This document shows positions 18,987 through 28,913 of a stretch of DNA of 64,000 nucleotides, piece by piece. The stretch's first letter is position 1; each line of letters begins with the position of its first letter. The notes beneath the pieces were generated by a model, which was given only the letters and a program-made list of their open reading frames with translations, was not told the DNA's origin and did no database searches. The stretch comes from Candidatus Eiseniibacteriota bacterium. Lineage in GTDB: Bacteria; Eisenbacteria; RBG-16-71-46. The translations under genes and the position numbers were made by a program. The DNA is taken from NCBI GenBank assembly GCA_963707915.1, contig OY970178.1, forward strand, positions 352,001-416,000, given 5' to 3'.

Positions 18987-19100
18987 GCGGGCCCGACCGT
19001 GTGACGGGGCGGCGCGCCCTGCCGCCGATTGCGCCCGAGTCGCGCCGGCCGTGAGCGCATCTATCCCGATTGGTAGGTGCCTTCCGCCGCCGGGTGGCGC

Positions 19101-19129
19101 TTGACTCGCTCCCGGCACGAATCTAATCT
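19101..19129 (+). promoter_or_regulatory. Putative sigma70 promoter of the mrp operon
   Basis: TTGACT, 17 bp, TAATCT. Confidence 0.6.
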
Positions 19130-19246
19130 AACCCGTTCTTGTCCAGCCGACTAGGGTCCGGAGCCGCGCCGGTCGCCTGGTCCGCCCGCCCCCGGATGCC
19201 GGCGCCCGGCTCACCAGCCGCGCCGGCCAGGAGACCCGCCCGCCAC

Positions 19247-20305
19247 ATGCCGAACGTCCGTTCCGAAGACGTCCTGACCGCCCTGCGCACCGTGCAGGAC
19301 CCGGACCTGCGCCGCGACCTCGTGACCCTCGGGATGATCGAGGACCTCGTGGTCGAGGATGGCGCGGTCGCCCTCACGCTCGTGCTCACCACCGCGGCCT
19401 GCCCGCTGCGCGGAGCGCTCGAGGACGACGTGCGCCGGGCCGTGCTGGCCGTGCCCGGCGTGCGGGACCTCGCGCTGAAGACCACCTCGCGCACGCGCGC
19501 CCCCAAGGACCCGACCGCCGACCGCCGCGCGCTGCCCGGGGTCGCGCACGTCATCGCCATCGGTTCGGGCAAGGGCGGGGTCGGGAAGTCCACGGTCGCG
19601 GCCAACCTCGCCATCGCCCTGGCCCAGTCGGGGGCGAAGGTGGGGCTGCTGGACGGCGACATCTACGGTCCCAACCTGCCGCGCATGCTGGGCGAGAACC
19701 GCCAGCCGGACCTGCGCGACGGCAAGATCGTCCCGCTCGACGCCTTCGGCATCCGCTTCATGTCCATCGGGCTGCTGGTGCCGCAGGGCGACGCCGTGGT
19801 GTGGCGCGGGCCGATGCTGCACGGCGCGCTCAAGAGCTTCCTGCACGAGGTGGACTGGGGCGGCCTCGACTACCTGCTCGTGGACCTGCCGCCCGGCACC
19901 GGCGACGTGCAGCTCTCGCTCGCCCAGCTGACGTTCGTGGACGGGGCGGTGGTCGTGACCACGGCCTCGACCGTGGCCCTCGAGGACGCGGTCAAGGCGG
20001 TGGACGCCTTCGCCCGGTTGCAGGTGCCGGTGCTGGGCATGATCGAGAACATGAGCTCCTTCGTCTGTCCCGACTGCAAGTCGCGGCACGCGATCTTCGA
20101 CACCGGCCGCACCGAGGAGCGCGCGCTGGCGCTGGGCGTGCCGTTCCTGGGCGCCATCCCGCTGCACGGCGCAGTGCGCCGCGGCGGGGACGAGGGCCGC
20201 CCGGTGGTGGCCGACGATCCCGGCGGCGAGTACGCCGGCGCGTTGCGGGAGATCGCGGGGCGGCTGGCACAGCGCGTCTCGATCCAGACCCACGGCGCGG
20301 ATTGA
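19247..20305 (+). CDS. apbC: Mrp/ApbC/NBP35 Fe-S carrier ATPase with N-terminal DUF59-type domain
   Basis: DPDL..LTTAACP, GKGGVGKST, DIYGP, WRGPM, DLPPGTGD, ENMS.FVCPDC. Confidence 0.93.
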   Translation: MPNVRSEDVLTALRTVQDPDLRRDLVTLGMIEDLVVEDGAVALTLVLTTAACPLRGALEDDVRRAVLAVPGVRDLALKTTSRTRAPKDPTADRRALPGVAHVIAIGSGKGGVGKSTVAANLAIALAQSGAKVGLLDGDIYGPNLPRMLGENRQPDLRDGKIVPLDAFGIRFMSIGLLVPQGDAVVWRGPMLHGALKSFLHEVDWGGLDYLLVDLPPGTGDVQLSLAQLTFVDGAVVVTTASTVALEDAVKAVDAFARLQVPVLGMIENMSSFVCPDCKSRHAIFDTGRTEERALALGVPFLGAIPLHGAVRRGGDEGRPVVADDPGGEYAGALREIAGRLAQRVSIQTHGAD

Positions 20306-20310
20306 CGCCG

Positions 20311-21495
20311 ATGCGCGAGGTCTACGCCGATCACGCCGCCACCACCCGCGTGGCGCCCGAGGCGCTCGCGGCGATGGCGCCCTTCCTGGGCGCGGGCTTC
20401 GGCAACCCCTCGTCGGCGCACCGCCGCGGCGAGGCCGCGCGCGACGCGGTGGAAGCCGCCCGCGCGAGCGTGGCGGGACTGATCGGCGCCCTGCCCGAGG
20501 AGATCGTCTTCACCGCGACGGGATCCGAGGCCAACAACCTGGCCCTCAAGGGTGTCCTCTCCGGTCCCGGCCACGGCCCCGCGCGCGGACGGCGGCGCCT
20601 GGTGGTCTCGGCCATCGAGCACCCCTCGGTGATCGAGACCGCCCGCCACCTCGAGTCCCGGGGTGCTGCGCTCACGGTGTTGCCGGTCGGGGCGGACGGC
20701 ATCGTCGACCCGGAGAGCGTGGCGCGCGCGCTCGGCGACGACGTCGCCCTGGTCTCGGTCATGTGGGTCAACAACGAGGTCGGCACCATCCAGCCGGTGC
20801 GCGAGGTGGCCGCGCTGGCCCACGCGGCCGGGGCGCTCTTCCACTGCGACGCGGTGCAGGCCGCGGGCCGGCTGCCGATCGCGGTGCACGAGCTCGGCGC
20901 CGACCTGCTCACCCTCGCCGGGCACAAGCTGGGCGGACCGCCGGGGGCCGCCGCGCTCTACGTGCGGCGCCGGGTGCGGCTCGTGCCGCTGGTCCACGGT
21001 GGCGGCCAGGAGCGCTCGCGGCGTGCCGGCACCGAGGACCTCGCCGCCGTGGCGGGCCTGGGTGCCGCGGCCGCGCGGGTGCGGGAGCGGCTGGCCGCGG
21101 ACGGGCCCGCGCGGCTCGGGACGCTGGCGGAGCGGCTGCGCGCGGGGTTGCTCGCGGCGTGTCCGCGGGCGACCCTGAACGGGGATGCCGCCCGGCGCGT
21201 GCCGGGCATCGTGAACCTGTGCTTCCACGGGGTGGACGGGGAGGCGCTGCTGCACGAGCTGGACCGCGAGGGCATCTCGGTCTCGACCGGCTCGGCCTGC
21301 AGCGCCGCCAGCCCCGGACCGTCGCCCGTGCTCACGGCCATGGGCCTCCCCGCGGCGGACGCGCACGCCAGCGTGCGCTTCTCGCTGGGCGAGGGGAACG
21401 ACGAGGCCGACATCGACTGGATCCTGGAGGCCACCCCGGCCGCGGTCGCGCGCCTGCGCGCGATGGGCGAGCCGGGCGTGCGCCGCAGCGCCTAG
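20311..21495 (+). CDS. iscS: Cysteine desulfurase, IscS/NifS type (group I)
   Basis: DHAATT, GNPSS, EHPSV, NNEVGT, DAVQ, HKLGGP, STGSAC (catalytic Cys). Confidence 0.9.
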   Translation: MREVYADHAATTRVAPEALAAMAPFLGAGFGNPSSAHRRGEAARDAVEAARASVAGLIGALPEEIVFTATGSEANNLALKGVLSGPGHGPARGRRRLVVSAIEHPSVIETARHLESRGAALTVLPVGADGIVDPESVARALGDDVALVSVMWVNNEVGTIQPVREVAALAHAAGALFHCDAVQAAGRLPIAVHELGADLLTLAGHKLGGPPGAAALYVRRRVRLVPLVHGGGQERSRRAGTEDLAAVAGLGAAAARVRERLAADGPARLGTLAERLRAGLLAACPRATLNGDAARRVPGIVNLCFHGVDGEALLHELDREGISVSTGSACSAASPGPSPVLTAMGLPAADAHASVRFSLGEGNDEADIDWILEATPAAVARLRAMGEPGVRRSA

Positions 21496-21514
21496 CCCGG
21501 AAGGAGGACGGAAC

Positions 21515-22435
21515 ATGGACCAGAACGAACAGTTCCGCATCAAAGTGGGCCTCGCCGAGATGCTCAAGGGCGGCGTGATCATGGACGTCATGACCGTCGA
21601 CCAGGCGCGCATCGCCGAGGAGGCCGGAGCCTGCGCGGTGATGGCGCTCGAGCGCATCCCCGCGATCATCCGGCGCGAGGGCGGCGTGGCGCGCATGTCG
21701 GACCCCCGGCTCATCCGGGAGATCGAGGCCGCGGTCTCGATCCCGGTGATGGCCAAGTGCCGCATCGGCCACCTGGCCGAGGCGCAGATCCTGGAGGCGC
21801 TGGGCGTGGACTTCATCGACGAGAGCGAGGTCCTCACGCCGGCCGACGAGGAGAACCACATCGCCAAGCACGCCTTCAAGGTGCCGTTCGTCTGCGGCTG
21901 CCGGGACCTGGGCGAGGCCCTGCGCCGCATCGGCGAGGGCGCCGCCATGATCCGCACCAAGGGCGAGGCCGGCACCGGCGACATCGTCGAGGCGGTGCGC
22001 CACATGCGGTCGGTCCAGGGCGAGATGCGGCGCATCCAGGGCCTGCGCGACGAGGAGTTGATGGCGGCGGCGAAGCAGCTGGGCGCGCCCTACGAGGTCC
22101 TGCTGCAGGTGCGCGAGCTCGGCAAGCTGCCGGTCCCGAACTTCGCCGCCGGCGGGGTGGCCACGCCCGCGGACGCCTCGCTCATGATGCAGCTGGGCGC
22201 CGAGTCGGTGTTCGTGGGCTCGGGGATCTTCGAGGTGGGGGACGCGGACCCGAAGAAGCAGGACGAGCGGCGCCGCGACCAGTTGCGCATGGCGCGGGCC
22301 ATCGTCCAGGCGGTCGCGAACTACGACAAGCCCGAGATCCTCGCGCAGCTCTCGGAGGGGCTCCCGAAGGCCATGAAGGGCCTGTCCGTCGCGGCGATCC
22401 CGGCGGGCGAGCACCTGGCGAAGCGAGGCTGGTGA
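21515..22435 (+). CDS. pdxS: PLP synthase lyase subunit
   Basis: [38 protein letters not shown]. Confidence 0.98.
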   Translation: MDQNEQFRIKVGLAEMLKGGVIMDVMTVDQARIAEEAGACAVMALERIPAIIRREGGVARMSDPRLIREIEAAVSIPVMAKCRIGHLAEAQILEALGVDFIDESEVLTPADEENHIAKHAFKVPFVCGCRDLGEALRRIGEGAAMIRTKGEAGTGDIVEAVRHMRSVQGEMRRIQGLRDEELMAAAKQLGAPYEVLLQVRELGKLPVPNFAAGGVATPADASLMMQLGAESVFVGSGIFEVGDADPKKQDERRRDQLRMARAIVQAVANYDKPEILAQLSEGLPKAMKGLSVAAIPAGEHLAKRGW

Positions 22436-22439
22436 CGGA

Positions 22440-23069
22440 GTGGCGAGCCCCCGCGTCGGTGTGCTGAGCCTGCAGGGTGACTTCGCGCGCCATGACGCGG
22501 CGCTGGTCGCGCTGGGCGCGGAGCCGGTGCGCATCTCGCGGCCGGAGCACCTGCGCGACCTCGAGGCGCTGATCCTGCCGGGGGGCGAGTCCACGACCAT
22601 GCTGCGGCTGCTGGAGGCCACGGGCCTGCGGGGCCCGCTGGGGGCCTTCGCCGGCAGCCGCCCGGTGCTGGGGACCTGCGCGGGCCTGGTGCTGCTGGCG
22701 AAGGAGGCGGGCGAGTTGCCGGCGCCCACCCTCGGCCTGCTCGACGTGTCGGTCGAGCGCAACGCCTACGGCCGGCAGGTGGACTCCTTCCGCTGCGCGC
22801 TCGAAGTCCCGGCGCTGGGCGGTCCGTTCGACGCCGTCTTCATCCGCGCGCCGCGCATCCGCCGGGTCGGCCCCGCCGTCGAGGTCGTGGCCCGCGCCGC
22901 CGACGGCGAGCCGGTCGCGGTGCGCGCCGGGCGAGTGGTGGGCCTGGCGTTCCACCCCGAGTTGACGCCGGACCGCCGCTTCCACCGCTGGTTCCTGGCC
23001 GAGGTGGCGGGACTCGGTCTTCCGGGGGAACGCGCGGCCGCGGCGCCGGGCGACGGGGGCCGGCCATGA
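22440..23069 (+). CDS. pdxT: PLP synthase glutaminase subunit
   Basis: LQGDF, PGGESTT, GTCAG, RNAYGRQ, FHPEL. Confidence 0.97.
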   Translation: MASPRVGVLSLQGDFARHDAALVALGAEPVRISRPEHLRDLEALILPGGESTTMLRLLEATGLRGPLGAFAGSRPVLGTCAGLVLLAKEAGELPAPTLGLLDVSVERNAYGRQVDSFRCALEVPALGGPFDAVFIRAPRIRRVGPAVEVVARAADGEPVAVRAGRVVGLAFHPELTPDRRFHRWFLAEVAGLGLPGERAAAAPGDGGRP

Positions 23070-24085
23070 ACCCGGCGAGCCCCGAGCGCGCGGCGTTCCA
23101 CGCGTTCGTCGCGAAGCACGCCCGCTTCGTCCTCACCACCCACGTGAACCCGGATGGCGACGGGCTGGGCAGCGAGGTCGCGGTGGCGCTCTGGCTGCGC
23201 GCGCTCGGCAAGCAGGTGCGCGTGATCAACGACTCGCCGGTGCCGGCGGCCTACACGTTCCTCACCCGGCACGTGCCGGTCGAGCTCTTCGAGCCGGAGG
23301 CGGCCGAGCGCGCCTTCGACGAGGCCGAGGCGCTGATCGTGCTGGACGTCAGCAACCGCCAGCGGGTCGGGCGGCTCGCGCCGCTGCTGGACCGGCACCT
23401 GGTGCCGGTCGCGGTGGTGGACCACCACGTCACGCACGCCCAGGGCTTCGGGCAGGTGAACGTGATCGAGCCCGAGGCATCGGCCACCGGCGAGATCGTC
23501 TACGACCTGATCCGCGAATCGGGGCGCGAGCTCGACGCGGACGTGGCCGAGGCGCTCTACGTCGCGCTGATGACCGACACCGGCTCGTTCCGTTTCTCGA
23601 ACACCGACAGCCACGCGCACCGCATGGCCGCGGACCTGCTGGGCCACGGCCTCGATCCCCAGCGGCTCCACACCCTGGTGCACTCGCACGCCTCGGCCGC
23701 CCGCCTGCGCTTCTTCGGCGAGATCCTGGCGGCGCTCGAGCTGGTCGACGACGACCGCATCGTGGTGCTGGACGCCGCGCCCGAGCAGTTCCTCAAGCAC
23801 GGGCTGGTCGGCGCGGACACCGAGAGCCTGGTCGACATGCCGCGGACCATCGCCGGCGTCGAGGCCGTGGTGCTGTTCTCCGAGGTGGAGCCCGGCAAGG
23901 TGAAGGTGAGCATGCGCTCGACCGGCCGGATCGTCGTCAACCAGATCGCCTCGCGCCTGGGCGGCGGCGGGCACCCGCAGGCGGCCGGCGTGGCGCTGCG
24001 CGGCACGCGCGCCGCGGCCCGCGAACTCATCCTGCCGGAGCTGCACCGCCTGGTCGCGGAGCTGCCGCCGGGGCCGCGGCCGTGA
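23066..24085 (+). CDS. nrnA: DHH/DHHA1 phosphoesterase (nanoRNase/pAp phosphatase)
   Basis: HVNPDGDGLGS, DHH, TDTGSF, SMRS, GGGGH..AAG. Confidence 0.92.
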   Translation: MNPASPERAAFHAFVAKHARFVLTTHVNPDGDGLGSEVAVALWLRALGKQVRVINDSPVPAAYTFLTRHVPVELFEPEAAERAFDEAEALIVLDVSNRQRVGRLAPLLDRHLVPVAVVDHHVTHAQGFGQVNVIEPEASATGEIVYDLIRESGRELDADVAEALYVALMTDTGSFRFSNTDSHAHRMAADLLGHGLDPQRLHTLVHSHASAARLRFFGEILAALELVDDDRIVVLDAAPEQFLKHGLVGADTESLVDMPRTIAGVEAVVLFSEVEPGKVKVSMRSTGRIVVNQIASRLGGGGHPQAAGVALRGTRAAARELILPELHRLVAELPPGPRP

Positions 24086-24747
24086 GCGCGCTCATCGTGC
24101 CGGCGGCGACGCTCGCGGTCGAGGCCACGGGGCTCGAGCACCTCTACGCGGGCCGCCGGGGGCTCGCCGCGCTGAGCTTCGCGCTGCAGGCGCCGGGCGC
24201 GGTCGCCGTCACCGGGCCGAACGGCTCGGGCAAGAGCACGCTGCTGCGCCTGCTGGCCGGGCTGCTGCGCCCGACCGCCGGCCGCTCGGTCGTGACCCTC
24301 GGCGGGCGCGCGGTGCCGCCGGCGGAGCGGCGCCGCGTGCTGGGCTTCGCATCGCCCGAGCTGGCGTTCTACGAGGAGCTCTCGTGTCTCGAGAACCTGG
24401 CCTTCGCCGCCGAGGCCCATGGCCTGCGCGAGCGCGAGGCGCCGGCCCTGGCGGCGCTGGAGCGCGTGGGCCTGGGCGCCCGTGCCCGCGATCGCGTCGC
24501 CGCGCTGTCGTCGGGGATGACGCAGCGCCTGCGCCTCGCCTTCGCGCTGCTCCTGCGGCCGCCGCTGCTGCTGCTGGACGAGCCGGGCAGCCATCTCGAC
24601 GAGGATGGCCGCCGGCTGGTCGAGCGCGTCGTGGACGAGGAGGCCCGCACCGGGCTCGTCGTCATCGCCACCAACGAATCAAGGGAGTGGGGACTTGCCG
24701 CCCAACGGATCGAACTCCGCGGCCGCGGTCTGGGCCGTACTGCGTAA
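24082..24747 (+). CDS. ccmA: Heme exporter ATP-binding protein CcmA
   Basis: GPNGSGKST, LSSGM, LLDEP; first gene of the ccm cluster. Confidence 0.88.
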   Translation: MSALIVPAATLAVEATGLEHLYAGRRGLAALSFALQAPGAVAVTGPNGSGKSTLLRLLAGLLRPTAGRSVVTLGGRAVPPAERRRVLGFASPELAFYEELSCLENLAFAAEAHGLREREAPALAALERVGLGARARDRVAALSSGMTQRLRLAFALLLRPPLLLLDEPGSHLDEDGRRLVERVVDEEARTGLVVIATNESREWGLAAQRIELRGRGLGRTA

Positions 24748-25369
24748 GGAGTGCCGCAGCGAGTGGCGCACGCGCTACGGGCTGAACGCGGCGCTGCTCT
24801 TCGCCGTGAGCACGCTGACCAGCGTCTCGTTCGCCGTCGGGCGTCTGCCCGACCGCACCGACCTGCTGGCCGCGCTGCTCTGGGTCGTGCTGTTGTTCGC
24901 GGCGCTGGCCTCGCTGGCGCACGCCTTCGTGCGCGAGGTCGAGGGCCACACGCTCACGCTGCTGCGCCTGGTGGCCTCGCCGACCGCCATCGCACTGGGC
25001 AAGCTGCTCTTCAACCTGCTGTTCCTCGGCCTGCTCGAGGTCGTGACCGTACCGCTGTTCCTGGTCCTGATGGGCGGGCCGCCCGTACACTGGGGGCCGT
25101 TCCTGCTGGTCCTCGGGCTCGGGAGCCTGGCGCTGGCCACCACGACCACGCTGGTGGGGGCGGTGGTGTCGCAGGCCCGCGGGCGCGGGGCGCTGTTCGC
25201 CGCGGTCTCGCTGCCGCTGCTGATGGTCGTGCTGGCCGCGAGCGTGAGCGGGCTGCGGGCGCAGTGGGATGGCAATCCGGTCGGCACCGAAGCGCGGCTC
25301 CTGGCCGCATACGCCGCCGTCGTCCTGGGGGCGAGCGTGCTGCTCTACGATCACCTGTGGGAGGATTGA
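24695..25369 (+). CDS. ccmB: Heme exporter permease CcmB
   Basis: KE.RSEWR, F.RE.E..TL..L, GKLLFN; TTG start at 24695 after AGGGAG inferred. Confidence 0.88.
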   Translation: MPPNGSNSAAAVWAVLRKECRSEWRTRYGLNAALLFAVSTLTSVSFAVGRLPDRTDLLAALLWVVLLFAALASLAHAFVREVEGHTLTLLRLVASPTAIALGKLLFNLLFLGLLEVVTVPLFLVLMGGPPVHWGPFLLVLGLGSLALATTTTLVGAVVSQARGRGALFAAVSLPLLMVVLAASVSGLRAQWDGNPVGTEARLLAAYAAVVLGASVLLYDHLWED

Positions 25370-25370
25370 C

Positions 25371-26036
25371 GTGATCCCGAGGCTGCTGTTGTTCCTGTGG
25401 ATCGCGGCCGCGATGCTGGGAGGGTTCCTGTGGGCGCCGCTGGTCACCGCGCTGGGCGGCAGCACGCGCGTGCTCTACTTCCACATCCCCAGCGCGTGGA
25501 TCACCGCGCTCGGGCTCGCCTGGTCCATGCTGCACAGCGTCCAGTACCTGCGCACCCGCCGCCTGGAGCACGACGACCAGGCGGCGGCCGCGGCCGAGTT
25601 GGGCGTGCTGTTCGGCATCGTGGCGGCGGTGAGCGGGTCGCTGTGGGCCAAGTCCCAGTGGGGCTCCTACTGGAACTGGGACCCGCGCGAGACCACCATC
25701 TTCTTCCTGCTGCTCATCTACGGAGCGTACCTCGCGCTGCGCAGCGCCATCGAGGGGGACGAAAGGCGGGCGCGCCTGGCCGCAGTTTACTCGGTCGTGG
25801 CATTCGTCACCGTGCCGTTCCTTATCTTCGTGGTGCCGCGCCTGTACGCCACGCTCCATCCCTCGCCCATCCTGCCGCAGCAGGGCGAGGGGCGGGCGAT
25901 GGACCCGCGGATCCGGATCAGCTTCCTGGCCATGCTGGCGGGCTTCACCGCCCTGTATTTCTGGATCCTTTCGCTCAAGGTGCGCCTCGTCCGCTCGGAG
26001 CGGCGCATCCGGTCGGAGTCCGCGGCGCAGTCCTGA
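25371..26036 (+). CDS. ccmC: Heme chaperone-loading protein CcmC
   Basis: YFHIPSAW, GSLWAKSQWGSYWNWDPRET (WWD motif), LHP. Confidence 0.93.
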   Translation: MIPRLLLFLWIAAAMLGGFLWAPLVTALGGSTRVLYFHIPSAWITALGLAWSMLHSVQYLRTRRLEHDDQAAAAAELGVLFGIVAAVSGSLWAKSQWGSYWNWDPRETTIFFLLLIYGAYLALRSAIEGDERRARLAAVYSVVAFVTVPFLIFVVPRLYATLHPSPILPQQGEGRAMDPRIRISFLAMLAGFTALYFWILSLKVRLVRSERRIRSESAAQS

Positions 26037-26092
26037 GCCGCGGCGTGTAGGTCGGCGGGGGCGCGGGCCCCCGGTCAAGGGGAGAGTGGACC

Positions 26093-26200
26093 GTGAACGG
26101 AAACCTGGTGGTTCTCGGCGTGGCGCTGCTGGTGTGGGGACTGCTGTTCCTCTACCTGCTCCGGCTCGAGCGCCGCATCCGTGACCTGGAGAAGCGATGA
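26093..26200 (+). CDS. ccmD: CcmD, 35 aa (missed by the ORF track)
   Basis: GTG start: MNGNLVVLGVALLVWGLLFLYLLRLERRIRDLEKR; single TM plus charged tail; between ccmC and ccmE, stop overlaps the ccmE ATG. Confidence 0.85.
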   Translation: MNGNLVVLGVALLVWGLLFLYLLRLERRIRDLEKR

Positions 26201-26586
26201 ACGTGAAGATCATCATGGCCGTGGCGCTGGTCGCGGTCGGCGCGGCCGTGGGCGTGACGAGCTTCAGGAAGTCGGTGACGCCCTACCTCAGCTTCTCCGA
26301 GGCCCGGCGCGCCTCCGGGCTGGTGCAGGTGAACGGCCAGATCGCCGACAAGAACTACGTCATCAAGCCGCTCGAGCAGTACATGGAGTTCAACCTGCGC
26401 GACCAGAAGGGCGAGGTGATGCCGGTCGTCTACCATGGCGTCATCCCCGGCAACTTCGACCAGGCCACCATGGTGGTGGCCATCGGGCGCTACCGTGACG
26501 ACCGCTTCATGGCCGAGCAGTTGCTGGTGAAGTGCCCCTCGAAGTACCAGGCCGAGGCGGACAAGCAGAAGGCCGCGGGCTCTTGA
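26197..26586 (+). CDS. ccmE: Heme chaperone CcmE, Cys (CxxxY) type
   Basis: N-terminal TM, V.Y.G..P.NF, LLVKCPSKY. Confidence 0.93.
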   Translation: MNVKIIMAVALVAVGAAVGVTSFRKSVTPYLSFSEARRASGLVQVNGQIADKNYVIKPLEQYMEFNLRDQKGEVMPVVYHGVIPGNFDQATMVVAIGRYRDDRFMAEQLLVKCPSKYQAEADKQKAAGS

Positions 26587-28802
26587 ACCCCGGGCAGATC
26601 CTCGACTGGCTCGCGTTCCTGGCCTCGCTGGTGGCCGGGCTCGCGTGGCTCGCCGCCGTGGCCGGCGGCAGCCCCGCCGCCGGGCGCGTCGCCCGCGCGG
26701 CGTTCCGCGCCCAGTGGCTGGCGCTGGCCGCGGCCGCGGGGTTCCTCTGGCTGGTGATGTTCCGCCACGACTTCCACTACCAGTACGTGGCGTCCTACTC
26801 GTCGTCCACGATGCCGGCGCACTTCATCTTCGCGGCGTTCTGGGGCGGGCAGGAGGGCACGTTCCTGCTCTGGGCGCTGCTCACGGCGACGCTGGGGCTG
26901 GTGCTGATGCGGCTGCGGCATCCGCTGACCGAGACGGCGATGGCGTTCGTGAACCTGCCGCTGATCATGCTCGGGCTGGTGAGCGTGATGCGCGGGCCGT
27001 TCCTGGTGTTCGCGCACGGGCGCGTGCCGGCGGACGGCCAGGGCCTGAACCCGCTGCTCCAGGACCCGTGGATGACGATCCACCCGCCGGTGCTGTTCGT
27101 CGGCTTCGCCGCGCTCACCGTGCCGTTCGCCATCGCCATGGCCGCGATGGTGAGACGCGACTGGGACGACTGGGTGAAGGCGGCCCTGCCGTGGGTGGTG
27201 TTCTCGACGGCGATGCTGGCCACCGGCTTCGTCATGGGCGGCGTGTGGGCCTACCGCGTGCTGGGCTGGGGCGGCTACTGGGGCTGGGACCCGGTCGAGA
27301 ACGGCTCGCTCGTCCCCTGGCTCGCGAACGTGGCGCTGCTGCACGGGTTGCTGGTGCAGCGCGCGACCGGCAGCCTGCGGCGGACCAACCTGTTCCTCGC
27401 CGTGACCTCCTACGTCCTGGTCCTCTACGCCTCGTTCCTGACCCGCAGCGGCGTGCTGGCCGACTTCTCGGTGCACTCCTTCGCCAACCTCGGTCTCACC
27501 AGCTTCCTGCTCACCTTCCTGCTCGGCATCGCGATCGCCGGCTACGGGCTGCTGGCCCTCCGCGCCCCCGCGATCCCCGCGGCGGTCCAGCGGGTCGGCG
27601 GCCTCTCGCGCGAGTCGATGATGTGGCTCGGGCAGCTGGTGCTGCTGATGATGTGCGCGCTGATCACCGCCGGGATGAGCGCCCCGCTGATCACCCGCCT
27701 GTTCGGGCCGCCCTCGAACGTGCAGACCTCGTACTACAACCTGGTGAACGCGCCGCTCGCGATCATCATGGGCCTGCTGCTGGGGGCCGCTCCGCTGATG
27801 CGCTGGCGGCGCCAGGACCCGCAGGCGCTGCTGCGCGCCGCGCTGCCGGCGCTGGCGGTGGCGGTGACGCTCACCGTGGTCATCGTCGTGCGCGGGGTGC
27901 GGGACGCCCTGCCGGCCGGCGTGATCTTCGCCGCGATCTTCGCGCTGGCGGCGAACGTCGGGGTCGCGGTGCGCGGCTTCCGCGTCGGCTGGCGGCACGG
28001 CGCCGCCGCCCTCGGGCACATGGGTGTGGGCATGCTGCTGGCCGGGGTCGTGGCCTCGAGCGGCTACGGCGTCGCGGCGCAGGTGCAGCTGCCGCAGGGC
28101 GAGGAGCGCCAGGCGCTGGGCTACTCGCTCACCTACCAGGGACGCATGGTGGGGCCCGACGGCACCGGCCGCGTCCGGATCGCGGTGAAGTCGCGGGAAG
28201 GCCGCTTCGAGGCCACGCCCGCGCTGTACTGGAGCGAGTTCAACCAGGGCTACATGAAGAAGCCGCACGTCGAACGCTACCTGACCCGCGACGTCTACAT
28301 CTCGCCGCTCGAGCTGGCGGGCAACGACGGCGGGGCGGAGGGCGAGGCCGGCGGGGCCGTGTGGTTCGCGCCCGGCGAGACCCGGAGCGTGGGCGGGACG
28401 CGCTACACGTTCGAGAGCCTGGACCCGCAGATGGGGCCGGTCGTGCGTCTCGCCGCGCGGCTGCGGGTCGAGCGGAACGGCCGCACGGCGCCGGCGCGGC
28501 CGGTGCTGGAGATCAACACCTCCACCGGCTCGCGCAACAGCATCCCGGCCTACCTCCCGGGCGGCTCGTCGGTCGAACTCGTGGACGTCGAGCCGGGCAG
28601 CCGGCGTGTCGCCCTGGTGCTGCCGGGGACCGGGCCGCCCGGCGGGGGCAGCGTGCTGGCGGTGGAGTTGAGCACCAAGCCGTACATCAACCTCGTCTGG
28701 CTGGGCTCGATCCTGATGCTGGGGAGCGCGTTCCTGGTCGTGTTCCGGCGGGCGCGTGATCTCGGGGAAGGCGGTCCGGCGGCGGAGACGAAGACGGCGT
28801 AG
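26583..28802 (+). CDS. ccmF: Cytochrome c heme lyase CcmF
   Basis: WGGQEG, GLNPLLQ, IHPP, WGGYWGWDPVEN, TRSG..SVHSF, KPYINLVW; TTG start overlaps the ccmE stop. Confidence 0.95.
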   Translation: MNPGQILDWLAFLASLVAGLAWLAAVAGGSPAAGRVARAAFRAQWLALAAAAGFLWLVMFRHDFHYQYVASYSSSTMPAHFIFAAFWGGQEGTFLLWALLTATLGLVLMRLRHPLTETAMAFVNLPLIMLGLVSVMRGPFLVFAHGRVPADGQGLNPLLQDPWMTIHPPVLFVGFAALTVPFAIAMAAMVRRDWDDWVKAALPWVVFSTAMLATGFVMGGVWAYRVLGWGGYWGWDPVENGSLVPWLANVALLHGLLVQRATGSLRRTNLFLAVTSYVLVLYASFLTRSGVLADFSVHSFANLGLTSFLLTFLLGIAIAGYGLLALRAPAIPAAVQRVGGLSRESMMWLGQLVLLMMCALITAGMSAPLITRLFGPPSNVQTSYYNLVNAPLAIIMGLLLGAAPLMRWRRQDPQALLRAALPALAVAVTLTVVIVVRGVRDALPAGVIFAAIFALAANVGVAVRGFRVGWRHGAAALGHMGVGMLLAGVVASSGYGVAAQVQLPQGEERQALGYSLTYQGRMVGPDGTGRVRIAVKSREGRFEATPALYWSEFNQGYMKKPHVERYLTRDVYISPLELAGNDGGAEGEAGGAVWFAPGETRSVGGTRYTFESLDPQMGPVVRLAARLRVERNGRTAPARPVLEINTSTGSRNSIPAYLPGGSSVELVDVEPGSRRVALVLPGTGPPGGGSVLAVELSTKPYINLVWLGSILMLGSAFLVVFRRARDLGEGGPAAETKTA

Positions 28803-28877
28803 CCGGATGAGGGGAAGAGGTTTGCGGGCGCAGGATCCAGGCCCGGGCCCGGTTCGGAGCCCGGGCCGATTCTTCCC

Positions 28878-28906
28878 TTGGTGACTGCACGGATGTGCAG
28901 TATCCT
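28878..28906 (+). promoter_or_regulatory. Promoter with a perfect palindromic operator in the spacer (candidate LexA box)
   Basis: TTGGTG (28878-83), 17 bp, TATCCT (28901-06); ACTGCAC-GGAT-GTGCAGT at 28884-28901. Confidence 0.7.
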
Positions 28907-28913
28907 CGACCCC

